From a virus (Duplodnaviria > Caudoviricetes): DNA of 36,955 bases. Location of the stretch: positions 1 to 36,955 of IMG/VR virus record IMGVR_UViG_3300017963_000499. The stretch is one strand, 5' to 3'. This document shows positions 35,526-36,955 of the stretch, in pieces (the stretch's first letter is position 1; each line of letters opens with the position of its first letter). A model generated the notes under the pieces. It was not told the DNA's origin and did not search any database. It saw only the letters and a list, made by a program, of their open reading frames with translations. The position numbers and the translations under genes are program-made.

Positions 35526-35778
35526 AGGAACTCCCGGTGTTTCTTGTAGGTTTCTGGTTCCGGTTTCGGTTTTGTGATGTAGCCTAGAGAGCACCAGCCG
35601 AGGTACTTGAGATCTTTCACGATGACATTGTAGCGGTAGACACCCTCTTCGACCATGATCGGCCCGTCTAGAACCTTGAACTGAAGACCGAGATTCTGTA
35701 GCGTGACAATGTCGCCAACATTCACGTCAATATCGCCAATATCAACTTTCATAAGAACTCCCAGTGTTTCTTGTACGT
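35521..35778. repeat. Two 31-bp direct repeats at consecutive gene junctions (35521-35551, 35748-35778)
   Basis: ttcataggaactcccggtgtttcttgtaggt vs ttcataagaactcccagtgtttcttgtacgt, 28/31 identical. Confidence 0.9.
35522..35752 (-). CDS. Small SH3/KOW-like beta protein
   Basis: VNVGDIV..; ends TYKKHREFL. Confidence 0.6.
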   Translation of the reverse strand: MKVDIGDIDVNVGDIVTLQNLGLQFKVLDGPIMVEEGVYRYNVIVKDLKYLGWCSLGYITKPKPEPETYKKHREFL

Positions 35779-35961
35779 CGCTAGTTCCATTCGAGGTTCA
35801 AAGACCACCAGCAGACCAATATCGAACTTGACATGATATGCATTGTATGAGCAGGATAGACTCAAAAAATGAATTGGGCCTAAGAGTTCGGTAACAGTCC
35901 CGACGCCGAAATCCTTGTGGTCTGAGATGGCCCTGATTTTGTCACCAACTTTGAACTTCAT
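35749..35961 (-). CDS. Small SH3/KOW-like beta protein, first gene of the leftward early operon
   Basis: MKFKVGDKIR..GVGTV..YHVKFD; GGAGG RBS; ends TYKKHWEFL. Confidence 0.65.
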   Translation of the reverse strand: MKFKVGDKIRAISDHKDFGVGTVTELLGPIHFLSLSCSYNAYHVKFDIGLLVVFEPRMELATYKKHWEFL

Positions 35962-35979
35962 GTATTCCTCCAACGCCTA

Positions 35980-36008
35980 ATTATATCATCCTGAGCCGGT
36001 TTTTTCTA
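35980..36008 (-). promoter_or_regulatory. Early promoter (extended -10)
   Basis: Minus strand TAGAAA-N17-TATAAT with TG at the extended -10 position. Confidence 0.7.
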
Positions 36009-36119
36009 GTGGTTTTAGGCTATCGGACTTGACAATTTGTGGAGATAAGGTGGGTAGAATTCCCCACTTGCGCACGGAACGCCAAGTTTGCACAAAGGGA
36101 TAGATTCTATGCTCCTGTG

Positions 36120-36291
36120 AAAACGTGTGCAATCGGCACGATTGCTACAAAAACGCTTTCGGCCCTACAAAAACGTGTGCAATCCGGCCCTCCGCTTGAA
36201 AAATAGTTGCATAAAGTACCCCACAGCATACCGTTCGGTAACAAAAAGCCAAAAACCGCCCATCGGCCCCCAGATTTTTCCCGTTCGGTAA
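36120..36291. repeat. Cluster of short phased direct repeats in non-coding DNA
   Basis: AAAACGTGTGCAATC at 36120 and 36170; CTACAAAAACG at 36145 and 36165; CCGTTCGGTAA at 36231 and 36281. Confidence 0.8.
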
Positions 36292-36417
36292 TAGCTCGTG
36301 AAACCCGATTCGCTAAAAACAGTAATAAATGGTACACCCCTTTGGTCGTCTCGCATTCATGTCTCCGTCAGGAGACGTCTGGCACAGCGGTAGTAGACCG
36401 CACGTTGGACATTTTAC

Positions 36418-36446
36418 TTGACTCTGCCCTGATTATATTGTATGTT
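36418..36446 (+). promoter_or_regulatory. Sigma70-like promoter
   Basis: TTGACT-N17-TATGTT upstream of the 36506 ORF. Confidence 0.55.
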
Positions 36447-36505
36447 GTAGAGAGGGTTGGGGTGAGCGTGTCGCTCCCCGGTGCAAGACGTAGAAAGGGA
36501 TTCTA

Positions 36506-36697
36506 GTGTTTGTTACACTTCAAATCAGATGGTTAGATGATACTATGTCGTCGTATGATCACATTCCTGAAGACGTTGCTGAGTCGCTGGTTCAAACCTT
36601 ACTAGCTCTTGGTGCGCGAGAGGTGTGGGTAGACGGGCGGGAATGGTGCGAAAATGACTATCCATCGTCACCTCAAGGCTTTTTCCTTAAAAAATAA
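36506..36697 (+). CDS. Small hypothetical protein
   Basis: GTG start after AAAGGGA; upstream promoter. Confidence 0.5.
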   Translation: MFVTLQIRWLDDTMSSYDHIPEDVAESLVQTLLALGAREVWVDGREWCENDYPSSPQGFFLKK

Positions 36698-36832
36698 TTT
36701 TATAATTTTTGTAGGGTTCGATTTTGGGCTGCTTGTTGTGAGTAAACCCCCGCCACTTTTTTATCGGACGTTGGGGGGAGTTATCGGACACTAAAATGGG
36801 GATACCCCGCGAAAATACCCTATGGGGATAAG

Positions 36833-36955
36833 AGAGAAGAGAGAAGAGAAGAGAGAAGAGAAGAGAGAAGAGAAGAGAGAAGAGAAGAGAGAAGAGAAGA
36901 GAGAAGAGAAGAGAGAAGAGAAGAGAGAAGAGAAGAGAGAAGAGAAGAGAGAAGA
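36833..36955. repeat. Perfect polypurine tandem repeat (AGAGAAGAGAAG)n, about 10 units, running to window end
   Basis: Strict 12-bp period from 36833 to 36955; only A and G on the plus strand. Confidence 0.95.

Noticed and set aside
36029-36060. TTGACA...TAGAAT promoter
   Set aside because: Spacer is 20 bp and no credible gene follows.
36340-36505. tRNA or structured ncRNA (several small hairpins)
   Set aside because: No cloverleaf or T-loop consensus; hairpins alone are insufficient without a covariance search.
36107-36955. CRISPR array
   Set aside because: Repeats are short pairs of different sequence or a spacer-less tandem repeat; no cas genes.
1-36955. Stop-codon recoding or diversity-generating retroelement
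   Set aside because: Core genes are full length in code 11 and TAG, TGA and TAA all act as stops; no reverse transcriptase or adenine-specific repeat pair was seen.

Overview
A ~37 kb segment of a tailed dsDNA phage (Caudoviricetes-like) genome, read in the standard genetic code. No host can be assigned from the sequence. Left part (1-18.4 kb, minus strand): a late/morphogenesis region. A translationally coupled run goes sigma-like factor > putative terminase small subunit > CgeB-like glycosyltransferase > SEC-C protein > GDP-mannose 4,6-dehydratase > ERCC4-type nuclease > terminase large subunit. It is followed by portal, protease/scaffold fusion, decoration protein and major capsid protein. 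After the capsid terminator comes a separately promoted block: an HTH protein, a 12-repeat LDL-receptor-type YWTD propeller protein, a stand-alone paralog of that protein's C-terminal domain, a putative head-tail adaptor, and a >1065-aa LamG/propeller protein that runs off the window start and is absent from the ORF track. Middle (18.5-22.8 kb, plus strand): DNA methyltransferase, ClpP, MazG, degenerate Nudix, HNH-like and SLOG genes. Right part (22.8-36 kb, minus strand): many small early-type genes, including several HNH nucleases, a thermonuclease and a protein with a DUF1778/TacA-like tail. The window ends in a mostly non-coding region with helically phased repeats and a pure-purine 12-mer tandem repeat. 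All family calls come from motif recognition by eye; no database searches were run.
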